From TPA_inf: Saccharomyces (taxonomy: Eukaryota), in assembly GCA_000146045.2 (NCBI GenBank), contig BK006938.2, forward strand, positions 640,001 through 704,000: a DNA stretch of 64,000 nucleotides, read 5' to 3'. The translations under genes were made by a program, and so were the position numbers. Of this stretch, positions 42,724-54,175 are shown in pieces (within the stretch, counting starts at the first letter, position 1; the number at the start of each line of letters is the position of its first letter). Under the pieces are notes generated by a model. The model was not told where the DNA came from and ran no database searches. It was given only the letters and a program-made list of their open reading frames with translations.

Positions 42724-43581
42724 TTAAGCAAAATCGATTACAATACCGGGGCCATGTGTGCTTGATAATGTGGTTTTACTCAGTATATTTGGTTTCTTAG
42801 ATTTTTGATTATCAACAGCAGTTTTAAATGCCGCTCTAGCGGATATAATGTTTTGTAAAATTTCTCGATCAGTGAAGTAGCATTTGCCGACTCCAATGCT
42901 GATAGAGTTTCCCCTTTGCCTGAAAGGCATAGATCCTAGACTTTCTTGAAGTAAGGAGCTTATATCATCACTCACCGTACCTTTTTTGACAGAGGGTAAA
43001 ACCCCACGAGGACCAAGTATCCTGGCCACCTGCGATTGTAAAGCTGGAACAATATCAGGAGTTGCAAATGCTTTGTCAAAATCAACGCTAATTTCACCGC
43101 TTTTAATTTTGGCAACAAGATCTGCTCCGCCAATCAAATGATTTGGGTATTTCTCACGAAGCTCTTCCAATTTACTTTCGTCGTTGGTAAAGGCAGCAAT
43201 TTTGATATATCTCAAAGGCTTAGGAAATGTCACGCTACCGGATAAAGGCGCTGTACCTCTTTCACCGACTACCAATGTAGTCAAATTAATTGTCTGTTGC
43301 GATTGCGGTCTGCCAACTTCTGCTGCGCGTAAATATCTTAGTGCCTTTGTAACAGGCATGTACAATGGGCTTGCTGTAGCTGGTCTCTTTGCCTCGGCCT
43401 TTCGTTGTACCAATCTTTTCAACTCTCTTTTTTTGGCTTGGTCTTTTGTTAGCGAAGGTGCATTGGAGGACATAGCTGCTGGTTTATAGTCATCTGCGTA
43501 TAGTTTTTTTGCAGTATGAAAAAAGCATCTTCTTGCAGGACCTGTGACACATATTTTCGGGATCGCTACTACGGATAGCAT
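42724..43581 (-). CDS. MRPL1: Mitochondrial ribosomal protein uL1m
   Basis: 285-aa ORF with a ribosomal L1-like fold; the position and length match YDR116C. Confidence 0.85.
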   Translation of the reverse strand: MLSVVAIPKICVTGPARRCFFHTAKKLYADDYKPAAMSSNAPSLTKDQAKKRELKRLVQRKAEAKRPATASPLYMPVTKALRYLRAAEVGRPQSQQTINLTTLVVGERGTAPLSGSVTFPKPLRYIKIAAFTNDESKLEELREKYPNHLIGGADLVAKIKSGEISVDFDKAFATPDIVPALQSQVARILGPRGVLPSVKKGTVSDDISSLLQESLGSMPFRQRGNSISIGVGKCYFTDREILQNIISARAAFKTAVDNQKSKKPNILSKTTLSSTHGPGIVIDFA

Positions 43582-43945
43582 CTTCTTTGATGACTTATCA
43601 CTGTTTAGTTTTCTTCAAATTCCCTTTATTTCAGGTCGTTTTTCAAAATACTTTGGTTTTTCGAAAGTTTTCTCTTTTCGCTTAAAAAGGAGATTTTGTC
43701 GCTAGTCTCATAATGTAAGTTACACTAAAAAATAGAGAATAGTAAAGATGAACTGGATATACAAATATAGTATATTTTTACCGCTGTTGAAAACATTTCG
43801 TTCCCTCCCATGATACATTCATATTTTTTGTGGGTTTCAAGACTACCATAATACCTACTTTAGAAAAGCTTCGATTAGGTAAAAAAGTTCTATATGCTTT
43901 GATGTCGGGCATTTTTACGCATTTAAACATTTATATGATATAAAT

Positions 43946-45643
43946 CTACTTTCTTTTTTTCTTCTTCAACTTGTTCTCAAAGTCTATCCATTTGCTTGGA
44001 ATACCTAGCTTGTTAAGGTGATCAATGATCGATTGACCGTGTGGACCTTGAACCTGCACTTCAGCACATTTGAATGTTTGTGATTCACTTATTGTTGTCG
44101 ATCCGCTACAAATCTTTCTTAAGTCAGCCGCAAGTGATTCTGGGTCGACTTGAAACACTTCAAAATTGCTCACTCTGGTAATAACTTTTCTGCCAATTTT
44201 CATTTCAGTAATAATCTTAATATGCGGAAGGGAACCCTTCATTGGCGCCTTGAACAAGAGAGTATCATCGCTTTTGAATATCTGATAGAACTCGGTAAAA
44301 TTATTGGTGAGTAAGGGATGCAAAATTTCACCTCTAGCAATGATACGTGAAGCATTCAAGACTTTCTTCTTCTTATTGACCATATCGAATAATAGATCGT
44401 CCATAATAACTTTTCCTTTATCTTTTGTGTCTGCTAGGTTCTTGACAGAAATATACTGAGAAACCGCGCTTCTAATGTCCTGAGAGGTGTAGTACGTGTG
44501 AGAAGCCAAATTAACCTCCTTCAAAAGATCTTTGGCAAGATTAAAGGGTTTATACAGAGTCAGTGAATACATCATTCCAGATGTTTTCTCCTTCGAGGTT
44601 GTGCTCTCCCTACTTTCTGTGGCAGACTTGCTACAACCAAGCTTATATGGCACAAAGTTCTTTAACTCATCCTTGTCAGTATTTTTGCCCACAATAGTTA
44701 AGTCATCCCCCTTTCCTTTTAATTTCAAGAAGCCTTCTTTCTCGAAGTGTTTCAAAAATTTTGCGCTTTTTTTCCATGAAGTTTTCTTTACATTGACTTC
44801 ATTGTGATCAATTGGAGGCAAATTACGCATAATGTGGTTTGAGATGAAGTTAGAAGCTGAAATGGGTAATTCCAAACCTTTATCTTGAGTCAAGGTATAA
44901 TATAATGCTCTTGTAATGAAATAATCTACATCCGACACAGTGAAATGGTCTAGAACTTCAGCAATCTCCTCTACATCAACAGACGCTTCTTTTACATCTT
45001 CTTGTTCCTTTTCAACAGCCTTGATTTGCTCCGAGGATTCTATCTGTTTACTACTGATATTGTTATCCTTTGATTGAGTACTGAGAACAAATGGAGGTTC
45101 CAATTTCATTTTAAAGACTTTGGAGAGCCCATCATTGAAATGATGTATGATTTTGACAGCAACTCCTGTTTCACCAATTACTTTATCAAAGGACGGTAGA
45201 TCTAATTCGACAATACCGATGGCTAAGACAGTTTCTGGTGCCTGTTTGCTAGCTATACCACAAAGAGTACCTATTTTACAACGAGGATCAAAGGGTGGGA
45301 TCGAACCGGAAATCATTAAGTTAGCGCCGTTGAATAAATGTTCTTCTATAACAAATCCATGAGTTAAAACGATCGGCAATAACGCAGGATATTCCCAACA
45401 AGAATACACAGTTGGAAAAAGTTGCTCCTTATGCTTTTCCTTGAATAATATTGGGGTATTATTCTCATCTGTGTAAACCGTTCCTACACTTTTCTGGCCG
45501 TTAAAGTTGGTTTGTTTTATAGTGGAAGTACGAAAGCTATATTCCTCATTATTCGTTTGTTTTTGGAATGTTTGTAGCAACTTCTTTCTTTCGGAATTCT
45601 TCAAATTACTTAAAGCTTTTATGTGAGGCTCCTTCTTAAACAT
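43946..45643 (-). CDS. TMA64: eIF2D/ligatin-like translation factor Tma64 (PUA and SUI1 domains)
   Basis: 565 aa with a C-terminal SUI1-like domain; the length matches YDR117C. Confidence 0.85.
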   Translation of the reverse strand: MFKKEPHIKALSNLKNSERKKLLQTFQKQTNNEEYSFRTSTIKQTNFNGQKSVGTVYTDENNTPILFKEKHKEQLFPTVYSCWEYPALLPIVLTHGFVIEEHLFNGANLMISGSIPPFDPRCKIGTLCGIASKQAPETVLAIGIVELDLPSFDKVIGETGVAVKIIHHFNDGLSKVFKMKLEPPFVLSTQSKDNNISSKQIESSEQIKAVEKEQEDVKEASVDVEEIAEVLDHFTVSDVDYFITRALYYTLTQDKGLELPISASNFISNHIMRNLPPIDHNEVNVKKTSWKKSAKFLKHFEKEGFLKLKGKGDDLTIVGKNTDKDELKNFVPYKLGCSKSATESRESTTSKEKTSGMMYSLTLYKPFNLAKDLLKEVNLASHTYYTSQDIRSAVSQYISVKNLADTKDKGKVIMDDLLFDMVNKKKKVLNASRIIARGEILHPLLTNNFTEFYQIFKSDDTLLFKAPMKGSLPHIKIITEMKIGRKVITRVSNFEVFQVDPESLAADLRKICSGSTTISESQTFKCAEVQVQGPHGQSIIDHLNKLGIPSKWIDFENKLKKKKRK

Positions 45644-45881
45644 AGCTGTACTAATCCTGCGCTACACTAATCTATTGAGTCGGTTATTCAGTAGACTCAT
45701 GTGTTAATTTTGACGCATATGTGTTATTTCACGGTTTTTTAGGTTTACATTTTTGTTTTCCGTAGCTAGCGCCTAAGTTTAACCAAGCATAACAAAATGG
45801 AGCACAGAATGCGTTCAATTCGATTTATCAGAAGACGTGACCTAGGGTTCTGTTGAACACGCGTAAACGACTCAAGACGAA

Positions 45882-47840
45882 ATGTCGTCTCCTATTAATG
45901 ATTATTTCATTGATTATAACCCTCTTTTTCCAATCTTTGCTACAAGAATTGCGAAAGGCCTTGCTATTTACAGAGTCTCGGATCACGCTAGGCTTGCAGT
46001 AATTCCAATAAGAAATATAAACTTGGTGGCGAATTACGATTGGGATACAACTACTGGTAAATTTTTGTCCATCTTTTTTAAGGATGGGACGATCAGAATC
46101 CATGACATTTTTAAAGACGGTCGATTAGTTTCATTCCTAAGAATTCCGAGTACAAAAATATCAAAAGGTATATGGGACCGAATTCCATTAAGATACGAAC
46201 CAAATAATCGAGATTTTGCATGTAACATCATTGATGATTTACCAAAGCTAATAAGGTTTGTAAAGGACTCCAAAAGGATAAACATTGTCCCTTACACTCA
46301 ACCGAATAGCTTGTGGAGAGGTCCTGATGAGGATGATCTAGATAGTAATGAAAAACTAGACGTTCACGTAGTATTCAATGAGGGAAATGATAAAATTACA
46401 GTTTTTTTTAATGGTGATTACGCTGTTTTCTTGTCGGTGGATAATATTGAAAACGAAAATTCTTTAAAATCAATTATCAAAGTTCAAGATGGCTTTTACC
46501 AGTGCTTCTATGAGGATGGAACTGTACAAACTTTAAATTTAGGACCTTTATTACAGAGCAAATCATCAGTGAACCTGCTGAATTATATAATGGTAATAAA
46601 AGAGCTTATAGGTTATATGCTTACTCATCTCGAGTTCATTAACCGGGAACTGGCAACACCTTATTTAGATTTCGTCAAAAGATTGTGTGATGAAGCCTAC
46701 GGATATGGCAAACTCAAATCGGAATTAGAAGCCCTCTTTTTACTTGGAGAGATCTCATGTGACTTGGAAGACTGGCTTTGCAATTCAGTAGGTGAGAAGA
46801 ACTTTAAAAGGTGGAAGTATTTAGGTTGTGAAGCTTACCAAAAAACTGTTCAGATTTTAACTTTAATATTTGTACCCGCATGTGAAAGAATCATTATTTA
46901 TGTGGAGAAGTTAAGGGCAATATTACAAGCCTTTTCTATACAGAATAAGCTCAGTTATACGTCAGATTTGACAGCTGTTGAAGTGCTCCTAAAAAGTTCA
47001 CAGAAATTGTTAACTATGACATTAAATTCAATAATAGGCTTGGGGAGGGACGAAACACTTTTTGAGAAGTTTTTCATATGGTTCAACGACAGACTTCATG
47101 AAGCGCTAGATGAAGATTATAAACTGAAATTTCAATTTGAGGATGATCTTTACTTTGGATACGATTTACTAAGTTACTTTGACAGAATCTTATCTAAAAA
47201 AGGTACGGAACCTAGCTCAATAATCGACGTGAAACTTTATAGAGACCTAATTAACAGCATGTCTGATATGGAAAAAGATATTGCACAAAGTAATGTTAAT
47301 TCTCATATTCAACAGCATATTCTGGTTGATTTAAAAACGGATGTTTTTGCGCAAAAATATCCATCTTCGCAAATAAATTTGCTTGATGCCATAAAATTAC
47401 CAAAGCATAATTACATAGTCTACCTTATTCAGGTAACAAAACACAACAGTGCTCAAGAACCTTTCTCAGAAGAAAACAAAAAGAAACTATATATAGGTAC
47501 TCTGAAAGATGAGAATTTAGGCATTATATCAAAGGAATCGTCAGTCAAGATTCCGGCGCTATTCAAGAGCTATAGGTTGAGCAGTACAAGGTTTGTGCCG
47601 AATAGGGTCCATAGCTTGCTTCGGGATATTGGATTGTCAGATAGTAACTATCATAGTAGCCACGTCACCGATTATAGGGGAGAAAACTATGAAAACGAGG
47701 AAGATGATGGCACAATAGCTATTCCTGCTTACATCAGGGAGAATAGGGAAAATGATGATTTCATAGCATGCACCGCGAAGGTATCGGTGGATGGAAGAAG
47801 CGCATCCCTAGTGTTTCCAAAAGAAAAACAAAATGTTTGA
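45882..47840 (+). CDS. APC4: Anaphase-promoting complex subunit Apc4
   Basis: 652-aa ORF matching YDR118W in position and length. ACGCGT occurs 18 bp upstream of the ATG at 45859-45864. Confidence 0.88.
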   Translation: MSSPINDYFIDYNPLFPIFATRIAKGLAIYRVSDHARLAVIPIRNINLVANYDWDTTTGKFLSIFFKDGTIRIHDIFKDGRLVSFLRIPSTKISKGIWDRIPLRYEPNNRDFACNIIDDLPKLIRFVKDSKRINIVPYTQPNSLWRGPDEDDLDSNEKLDVHVVFNEGNDKITVFFNGDYAVFLSVDNIENENSLKSIIKVQDGFYQCFYEDGTVQTLNLGPLLQSKSSVNLLNYIMVIKELIGYMLTHLEFINRELATPYLDFVKRLCDEAYGYGKLKSELEALFLLGEISCDLEDWLCNSVGEKNFKRWKYLGCEAYQKTVQILTLIFVPACERIIIYVEKLRAILQAFSIQNKLSYTSDLTAVEVLLKSSQKLLTMTLNSIIGLGRDETLFEKFFIWFNDRLHEALDEDYKLKFQFEDDLYFGYDLLSYFDRILSKKGTEPSSIIDVKLYRDLINSMSDMEKDIAQSNVNSHIQQHILVDLKTDVFAQKYPSSQINLLDAIKLPKHNYIVYLIQVTKHNSAQEPFSEENKKKLYIGTLKDENLGIISKESSVKIPALFKSYRLSSTRFVPNRVHSLLRDIGLSDSNYHSSHVTDYRGENYENEEDDGTIAIPAYIRENRENDDFIACTAKVSVDGRSASLVFPKEKQNV

Positions 47841-48226
47841 CACATAGACAGATGACGAGTAGCTTTTTTTTAGTATTTGCATAATGATCACCAATAATAG
47901 TAGTAATGAAATGTAAGCGTAAATAGCGTATGCATCATCTCCCAAGACTTTTCTTTTGTATGGCGCACTATGAAGAAGTTTGGAACCCGCCTGTGGTGTA
48001 CTGAGAAAAAAAAAAAATTTCAAGGGCCCGCAATCTCAAAATGGAGTCAATTGTGTCAAGTCTTTTTTTTTTTTTTCATCGTTATCTCACTTTTTATTGC
48101 TTATCTTAAGATAATTTAGCTGATATACTATATAGAATAGCCGAAGTGTCAGTTTACTCAGATTTTTGCTACTTTTGATTACTTTTTTTTTACATTTTCA
48201 AGGTAATTGACGTCGGTTAAGTAGAG

Positions 48227-50533
48227 ATGGGGAAGAAGGATAGACAGCGCAAGAAACTGCGTGAGTTTGCTAAATTGAAAAACAGGCAGCGAAACTTGAG
48301 AAAGAGCGTGCAAACATTGAAGAATGAGGTTCAACGAGAGGCTAAAGTCCCAAGAACTTCGAATCAAATTGCTTTAGGAAACGACAAAATCGAAGAGATT
48401 AACGAAAATAGTCCATTATTATCAGCTCCTAGTAAACAAGAGGAGGTATCAATTCCGAAAGCGGTTGATATTGATACCATTGATGCACAGCCTCTTCACG
48501 AAGGCCCAAAAATTGATGACTCGCCCCAAGATGAGGTCAATAGCATTAAAGGAAAACCTGCGGACAAGGCTAATGAAGACGATCTTAAGCCGCCTTCACA
48601 ACATGAAGCATGTGGAAATTCAGCTTTGCAAAGCTCTATTACAGATTTTAGTGATAGATCAGTATCACCATTGCAAAGTATTACCAGCTGCAATACTCCG
48701 ATGAGTGAGCACGAGCTACCAGTATCTTCCTCAAATTCGTTTGAAAGAGCTGATGATATGCCTGTAGTGCAGGCAGATAACCAGACGTCAAGTAGTAAAT
48801 CTTTGCACATTGTTGCACCATCTCCTGAAGTACCAGTCAGCGGAGATGAAATCACTTCATATGGATATGGCTCTATACCCCAGAGCATCGGGGATGTAGA
48901 GAACGGATTGAATCCTCCTTATGTCGAAAATACATCATCTGATGAACTTGTACATGATCTGACGAGAAGACGGATATTTTCATCCTGTATGTGTACTTAT
49001 TTATTCTTTATTGCAATGGACAGTTCTATAATCCTAGTAATTGCGTCCAAAATTGCTTCGGAGTTTCATGAGTTATGGAGATTATCCTTAGTCATCTCAG
49101 CATACCTATTGAGTAATGCTATTGGGCAACTGGTATTTTTGAAGCTATCTTTAATATCCAGTGTAAAATTGTTGTTGTGTATTGCTCAATTCAGTTTTAT
49201 CCTTGGTGGCTATTTATCTTGGAGTTCTGCCCATTTTTGGACGTTTATCTTTGCCCGTTGTGTCACAGGATTTGGGGGCGGTTCCTTAATAGCGCTCAAA
49301 AGTACTATTATGAATCGGTTTTCTCAAAAGAACGACAGTCGGTACTCATTGAGTGCCTCTATGATAACATTTGCTATGGGTGTGGTAATTGGGCCCTTTA
49401 TGATGAACTTGTTTGATTCTTCTCATGGTAGCGGGTGGAGAAATGCCTTCTTAATACCAGTTCCTTTTTGCCTTGTGAATGCCTCGATTATGCTGGCAGA
49501 TATGTATTCTGTTAAGAGCACTTTATATGGACGCCCAACGCCTACATTATGGAAAAGATTCAAGAATACTCTATTAAGTCCTGATTTATACGAAATATTG
49601 ACACTTACGCTATTCCTACTTTGTTTCGTTCAAGTGACCTCATTGGATTTAACAGGGTTAAAGAATAATACGATGATTCAAGCGCTACTATTTTCTGTAA
49701 TTATCGTTTGTGGCATTTTATTTTTCTTGATAGAGACAAGCGATACTTACATGAACTCTGTAATTTCAATGTCCTTACAAGGTGACAAGCGTTTAATATG
49801 GACAATGATAGGAATTTCATTTTGCTTTGCAGCATTAATGTGCATCATCCCATTCGGTACAACGTACTTCATCATTGTTTTAAATTTAAGCACTTTACAA
49901 CTTGCAGAGAGATTGTCCCCATTCTTTTTCTCCATTGTACTGGGTTACTTTAGTGTTTCTTATTTTTGGAAGTCGAAAGGACAGAATTTTTTGCTAAAAT
50001 TTGTTTTAAGCGGAGCCACCCTGTTACTATATGTGGCACTTATGGGGGTAAGTTTGAATTTACCAGTATGGAAGCAATATATATGTTTGTCTCTGCCATT
50101 TTTGGGCTCCTCTATGATATTGACCTTGCTGTCAAATCTTTATCATGAGTACCATGAACAAAGAAAGTCACCTATCAGTGGTTCTATCGTATATTGTTTC
50201 GGTGCCGTGGGGGGGACGGTTGGTATTTCCTTGGGTGGTTATGTCTTCCACAAAACATTAATAAAACTTATGCATGAGAAGGTGATGCCATTTAGCAAGC
50301 AAGGTTATCTTAAAAAGGACCTTTTGAAAATTATCAAGCACGCTACGGAATCTTCAGATTGGGTACACGAATCAGCCCCAAAGTTTGTTTTTCAAACTTT
50401 GATTGAGTGTTATTTACAAGCATGTCGAAACGTATTCAAACTCTCTACCCTTTTTTTTACGATTACTGTCGTAGCAATATTCATTTTCAACAGAATCCAT
50501 TGTCGTAGTCAAAATTGTTTGTCACTATCTTGA
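48227..50533 (+). CDS. VBA4: Major-facilitator-superfamily vacuolar basic amino-acid transporter family member Vba4
   Basis: 768 aa with a long hydrophilic N-terminus followed by about 12-14 TM helices. Confidence 0.88.
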   Translation: MGKKDRQRKKLREFAKLKNRQRNLRKSVQTLKNEVQREAKVPRTSNQIALGNDKIEEINENSPLLSAPSKQEEVSIPKAVDIDTIDAQPLHEGPKIDDSPQDEVNSIKGKPADKANEDDLKPPSQHEACGNSALQSSITDFSDRSVSPLQSITSCNTPMSEHELPVSSSNSFERADDMPVVQADNQTSSSKSLHIVAPSPEVPVSGDEITSYGYGSIPQSIGDVENGLNPPYVENTSSDELVHDLTRRRIFSSCMCTYLFFIAMDSSIILVIASKIASEFHELWRLSLVISAYLLSNAIGQLVFLKLSLISSVKLLLCIAQFSFILGGYLSWSSAHFWTFIFARCVTGFGGGSLIALKSTIMNRFSQKNDSRYSLSASMITFAMGVVIGPFMMNLFDSSHGSGWRNAFLIPVPFCLVNASIMLADMYSVKSTLYGRPTPTLWKRFKNTLLSPDLYEILTLTLFLLCFVQVTSLDLTGLKNNTMIQALLFSVIIVCGILFFLIETSDTYMNSVISMSLQGDKRLIWTMIGISFCFAALMCIIPFGTTYFIIVLNLSTLQLAERLSPFFFSIVLGYFSVSYFWKSKGQNFLLKFVLSGATLLLYVALMGVSLNLPVWKQYICLSLPFLGSSMILTLLSNLYHEYHEQRKSPISGSIVYCFGAVGGTVGISLGGYVFHKTLIKLMHEKVMPFSKQGYLKKDLLKIIKHATESSDWVHESAPKFVFQTLIECYLQACRNVFKLSTLFFTITVVAIFIFNRIHCRSQNCLSLS

Positions 50534-51013
50534 ACCGGTAGATGAAAATGTATACTTTAAATAATACAAATACTTTTTTTCTTTTTTCTTAAACCCGATA
50601 ATACTTTTGTCGCTTAGATAAAGATGCAGGGAACTTCAATCATTGTGGTGACCGCACAAAGGCGGGATCTGAAAAATGATCGTATGGGGCGGGGGAAGAA
50701 TAGAAGAGTGAACAAGGGGATATGGTATCCGTGCAAGAAATGAATGGCCAGAATAGCTTGATTTTTACTTGCTGAAAATGCAGCAAGCGGAAACCCCTCT
50801 ATCAGTAGGCAACCAAAGAAAACATGGTTTTGTTTATGATAGTGTTTTCTCCGACTAAATGACACTTAATATATAAGCCAGTCATTTTTCTTTCATACTT
50901 TCCTCTTGCATGACGAAACAATTCTTTTTTTATTTCGTTTCCTTGTCTGTACTTTTTAGACACTTGACCATATCACAGATATTTACAGACTCTTTTAATT
51001 CTAAATAGGTAAA

Positions 51014-51214
51014 ATGTTCTTCAGCCAAGTTTTGAGATCTTCCGCTCGTGCTGCCCCAATCAAGAGGTATACAGGCGGTAGAATAGGTGAATCGTGGGTA
51101 ATTACGGAAGGTAGAAGGCTCATTCCAGAAATCTTTCAATGGAGTGCAGTATTGAGCGTTTGTTTAGGTTGGCCTGGTGCTGTATACTTCTTTAGTAAGG
51201 CAAGAAAAGCATGA
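51014..51214 (+). CDS. COX26: Cytochrome c oxidase-associated small protein Cox26 (66 aa)
   Basis: 66-aa ORF beginning MFFSQVLRSSARAAPIKRYTGG with a single C-terminal TM helix; it matches YDR119W-A. Confidence 0.7.
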   Translation: MFFSQVLRSSARAAPIKRYTGGRIGESWVITEGRRLIPEIFQWSAVLSVCLGWPGAVYFFSKARKA

Positions 51215-51548
51215 GTTTGATAAGAAAAAAAAATTTGCTAAAAATGAGTGTAACACTACCAACATGGCGAGTTTAGTTTGATACTAGGCGCTATACATTA
51301 TTATTTATATGCCCAGAGGTTACAACAGTGGCTACAATGCAAAAAATATACTGGCTTATATTTTTCATTTGAGATCTGGTTCCTCAAATATATATATATA
51401 TTTATTTATTTTTTACACATACATACTGCCCTCCTGATTACTTTAAACATCTATATTACAAAAGAGAAGCATTCTTTTCCGTCCATTATACCGTTCTCGG
51501 GCGGATCCTTAGTTTCTTACGTTTTAGCTCTAACACTAATCAAAATTC

Positions 51549-53261
51549 TTATGAAGTGTTGGGACGGGCTTTTGGGCCCCAATTCTTTGTTGGATTTTCC
51601 TGATATCTCACAATTTTTAGCTTCCTTAGTTTTTCAATATTACCGCTTTGTTCATTTGGTGCGAACGACAGCTTTGAGTCATACTCTGATTTGACAGTGC
51701 CACTCAACCATCCTGGCATTGCCGATAAAATCTTATAGCCCGTAGTATTTGGATTCATTTTGCTTAAGTCTTTCTTCTCATCATCACATTTCTGCATCAC
51801 ATACCAGATTGCATCCCATGGAGCGTTAGTCTTTAGGGACGATGGTTGGGCATGTGTCAATGAACATTCAAAGCCTAGGGAACCTAGGCCTGCGACTACT
51901 TTTTTCAAGGGAGGTACTTGTAATTTTATTACCGATGCAATATGGTTAGGACTGAAATAGAATGGCGAATCGGATAATTCATTCTTAGCTAGAGATAGCA
52001 TACCTTCAATTCTTTTACGTGTTCCATATGTATCATCCTGGTCACGATGCTCTTCTTTATTAATTCTCAACACCTCCTCGATGAACTCCTTGTTGTGTAG
52101 AGGTCCTGCATACATTGGACCAGCTAAATGGTATGTCCCCTCGCAGAACTTACATTTAGTATCAACCGGAGGCCCTTGCGCAACCGAGTATTTGGTGAAT
52201 GTTTTGTTGTTCCTACCTTCGCGTTGAGAAATTCTGCCCAGAGGTTGATTGTGGTAAGAGCCGCAACGGGAACAATGGTAAGTAGTCATAGTACTTGACA
52301 TAACGTTTTTGACTTCAATCGGGCTTGTTTTGACTTTGACAAAAACTCTGACGTAAAAGTCAATGCTCAACGACAAAAGCGGTTCCACAGTTTTCTTGTA
52401 TTTCGCGGCAGTTTGCTTTAGTAAGTTCAATACTAGTCTCAGCGCACTTTCGTGAGTTGATTCATGAGAAACCATATTTGCACCACCATATAAGGCAAAA
52501 CACTTTTCTGGGTATCCGTTACCGGCCAAAACGGATAAATCAGTGCAAGTTACCAGCATTAGACCACCCTCCTCAATACTCTGAATAGCCGCATCTACAA
52601 AAGGTGTAACGGTACCGTAAGGATCCAAGTCGATGACGTGAAACTTATTATTCGTCGCTTTGTTACGGTACATTAAGACATTAGCATCATCAAGGTTTGG
52701 CTTGACAATGTTTTCGACACTATTATATTCAACGTTTCGTTTTATAGATTCGACAGCCTCTGGAAGTAAATCGTTAGCAATAACTTCCCTCACATGGGGA
52801 ATTTCATGAGCATACCTAATGGCTCTTAACCCAGTGGCTGACAATGCTTCCAAAATATTTATATAAGGTTCGTTTCGATTAGAATTACCAACGGCTTCTT
52901 TTGGTGACCCGTTTCCCATTTTTTGACGCTTGGAAGAATCATCGTTAGTTTCCGCGCACCTTTTCTTCTTACTTTTTTTATTATTTCTCTTTTGGCCACA
53001 TTCCTCACCATATAGGTTGTCCCACGCCTTGATGCATGTAACACTTAGATCTCTATTAAATTGTTGGATGGGATTATAGAAAACAGTTTCCTTTTTAGGG
53101 AAAAGAATTTCTGCTTTTCCTTCCTTGACTATATTGAAATCCTCAATATTGATTCTTGGTGCACCATACGCGGTAAAATTCGCTTTAATTTTGGATATAG
53201 CAGCCTTCAACATTCCGTGTAAATTTGCCCGCTTGAGGGGTATCCTGAAGAAACCTTCCAT
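51549..53261 (-). CDS. TRM1: tRNA (guanine26-N2,N2)-dimethyltransferase Trm1
   Basis: 570 aa of the TRM1 methyltransferase family. There are two in-frame start codons, M1 (53261) and M17 (53213, MLKAAIS), which are known to give mitochondrial and nuclear isoforms. Confidence 0.92.
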   Translation of the reverse strand: MEGFFRIPLKRANLHGMLKAAISKIKANFTAYGAPRINIEDFNIVKEGKAEILFPKKETVFYNPIQQFNRDLSVTCIKAWDNLYGEECGQKRNNKKSKKKRCAETNDDSSKRQKMGNGSPKEAVGNSNRNEPYINILEALSATGLRAIRYAHEIPHVREVIANDLLPEAVESIKRNVEYNSVENIVKPNLDDANVLMYRNKATNNKFHVIDLDPYGTVTPFVDAAIQSIEEGGLMLVTCTDLSVLAGNGYPEKCFALYGGANMVSHESTHESALRLVLNLLKQTAAKYKKTVEPLLSLSIDFYVRVFVKVKTSPIEVKNVMSSTMTTYHCSRCGSYHNQPLGRISQREGRNNKTFTKYSVAQGPPVDTKCKFCEGTYHLAGPMYAGPLHNKEFIEEVLRINKEEHRDQDDTYGTRKRIEGMLSLAKNELSDSPFYFSPNHIASVIKLQVPPLKKVVAGLGSLGFECSLTHAQPSSLKTNAPWDAIWYVMQKCDDEKKDLSKMNPNTTGYKILSAMPGWLSGTVKSEYDSKLSFAPNEQSGNIEKLRKLKIVRYQENPTKNWGPKARPNTS

Positions 53262-53584
53262 ATCTACATTGTAAGAGGAAAGGTATCAACTTATGACTGC
53301 TCAGGATCTGTAACTTTGCGATGAGCATTGAATGCGATGAAAAAAAAATAATGCTTTATCCCTTTGGACGAATAAAGAAAGGCTCAAATTGGAATAACGT
53401 TAAAAACCAGATTCGATCATCAGAGCTTAAAATTGTTATTCATAGCGGCACAATAGCAGAAGCCACAGAATATTACCTAGAGGTTTTAGGTGAAAGGAAG
53501 GATTTTTTTAATTATTTAATACTTTGAAATAGAAGTCAAGCCTTTCATTGCTTATTTATATCAGACCATATATTTTTACACACG

Positions 53585-54175
53585 ATGCCACCAAAAGGTT
53601 GGAGAAAAGACGCCCAAGGGAATTACCCCACTACTTCGTATATTAAAGAACAAGAGAACATTACGATTCAGGACCTGTTATTTCCTAAAAGCACTATTGT
53701 GAATTTGGCACGCGAAGTGCCACAGCAAAGCGGCAAAAAGCTGCTGATAAATAAAGACGCATCACTAGCGTTACAGCGTGGTGCTACAGTATTTGTTAAC
53801 CACTTGCTCCTGTTTGCAAGGGAAATTGCAAAGAGTCAAGATAAAAAAAGCTGCAGTGTAGATGATGTTCTGAGTGCTTTGGACCATATAGGACACTCGG
53901 CATTGAAGGGTCCGGTTAGAGATAAACTAGATGAATACCAAGCTGCTGTTGAACAGAGGAAGAAGGAAAAACTAGATAGTGGTGAAGTAGATGCTGATGG
54001 CGATATAGATATGGGTGAAGATAAGGAGAATGTGCCCGTGGAAAAGGTTAAAGAGCATGACGAAATAGAAGAACAAGGCGATGCATTACAGGACGTAGAA
54101 GAGTCCTCCGAAAAGAAACAGAAAACGGAGAGCCAAGATGTAGAAACTAGAGTTCAAAACCTTGAGCAAACGTAA
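53585..54175 (+). CDS. DPB4: DNA polymerase epsilon histone-fold subunit Dpb4
   Basis: 196 aa with an N-terminal histone-fold (NF-YB/CBF-like) domain and an acidic C-terminus. Confidence 0.88.
   Translation: MPPKGWRKDAQGNYPTTSYIKEQENITIQDLLFPKSTIVNLAREVPQQSGKKLLINKDASLALQRGATVFVNHLLLFAREIAKSQDKKSCSVDDVLSALDHIGHSALKGPVRDKLDEYQAAVEQRKKEKLDSGEVDADGDIDMGEDKENVPVEKVKEHDEIEEQGDALQDVEESSEKKQKTESQDVETRVQNLEQT

Noticed and set aside
51278-51694. 138-aa plus-strand ORF between COX26 and TRM1
   Set aside because: It is low-complexity (poly-Ile/Tyr/Phe from an AT-rich 3' UTR) and overlaps the TRM1 3' end antisense, with no motif.
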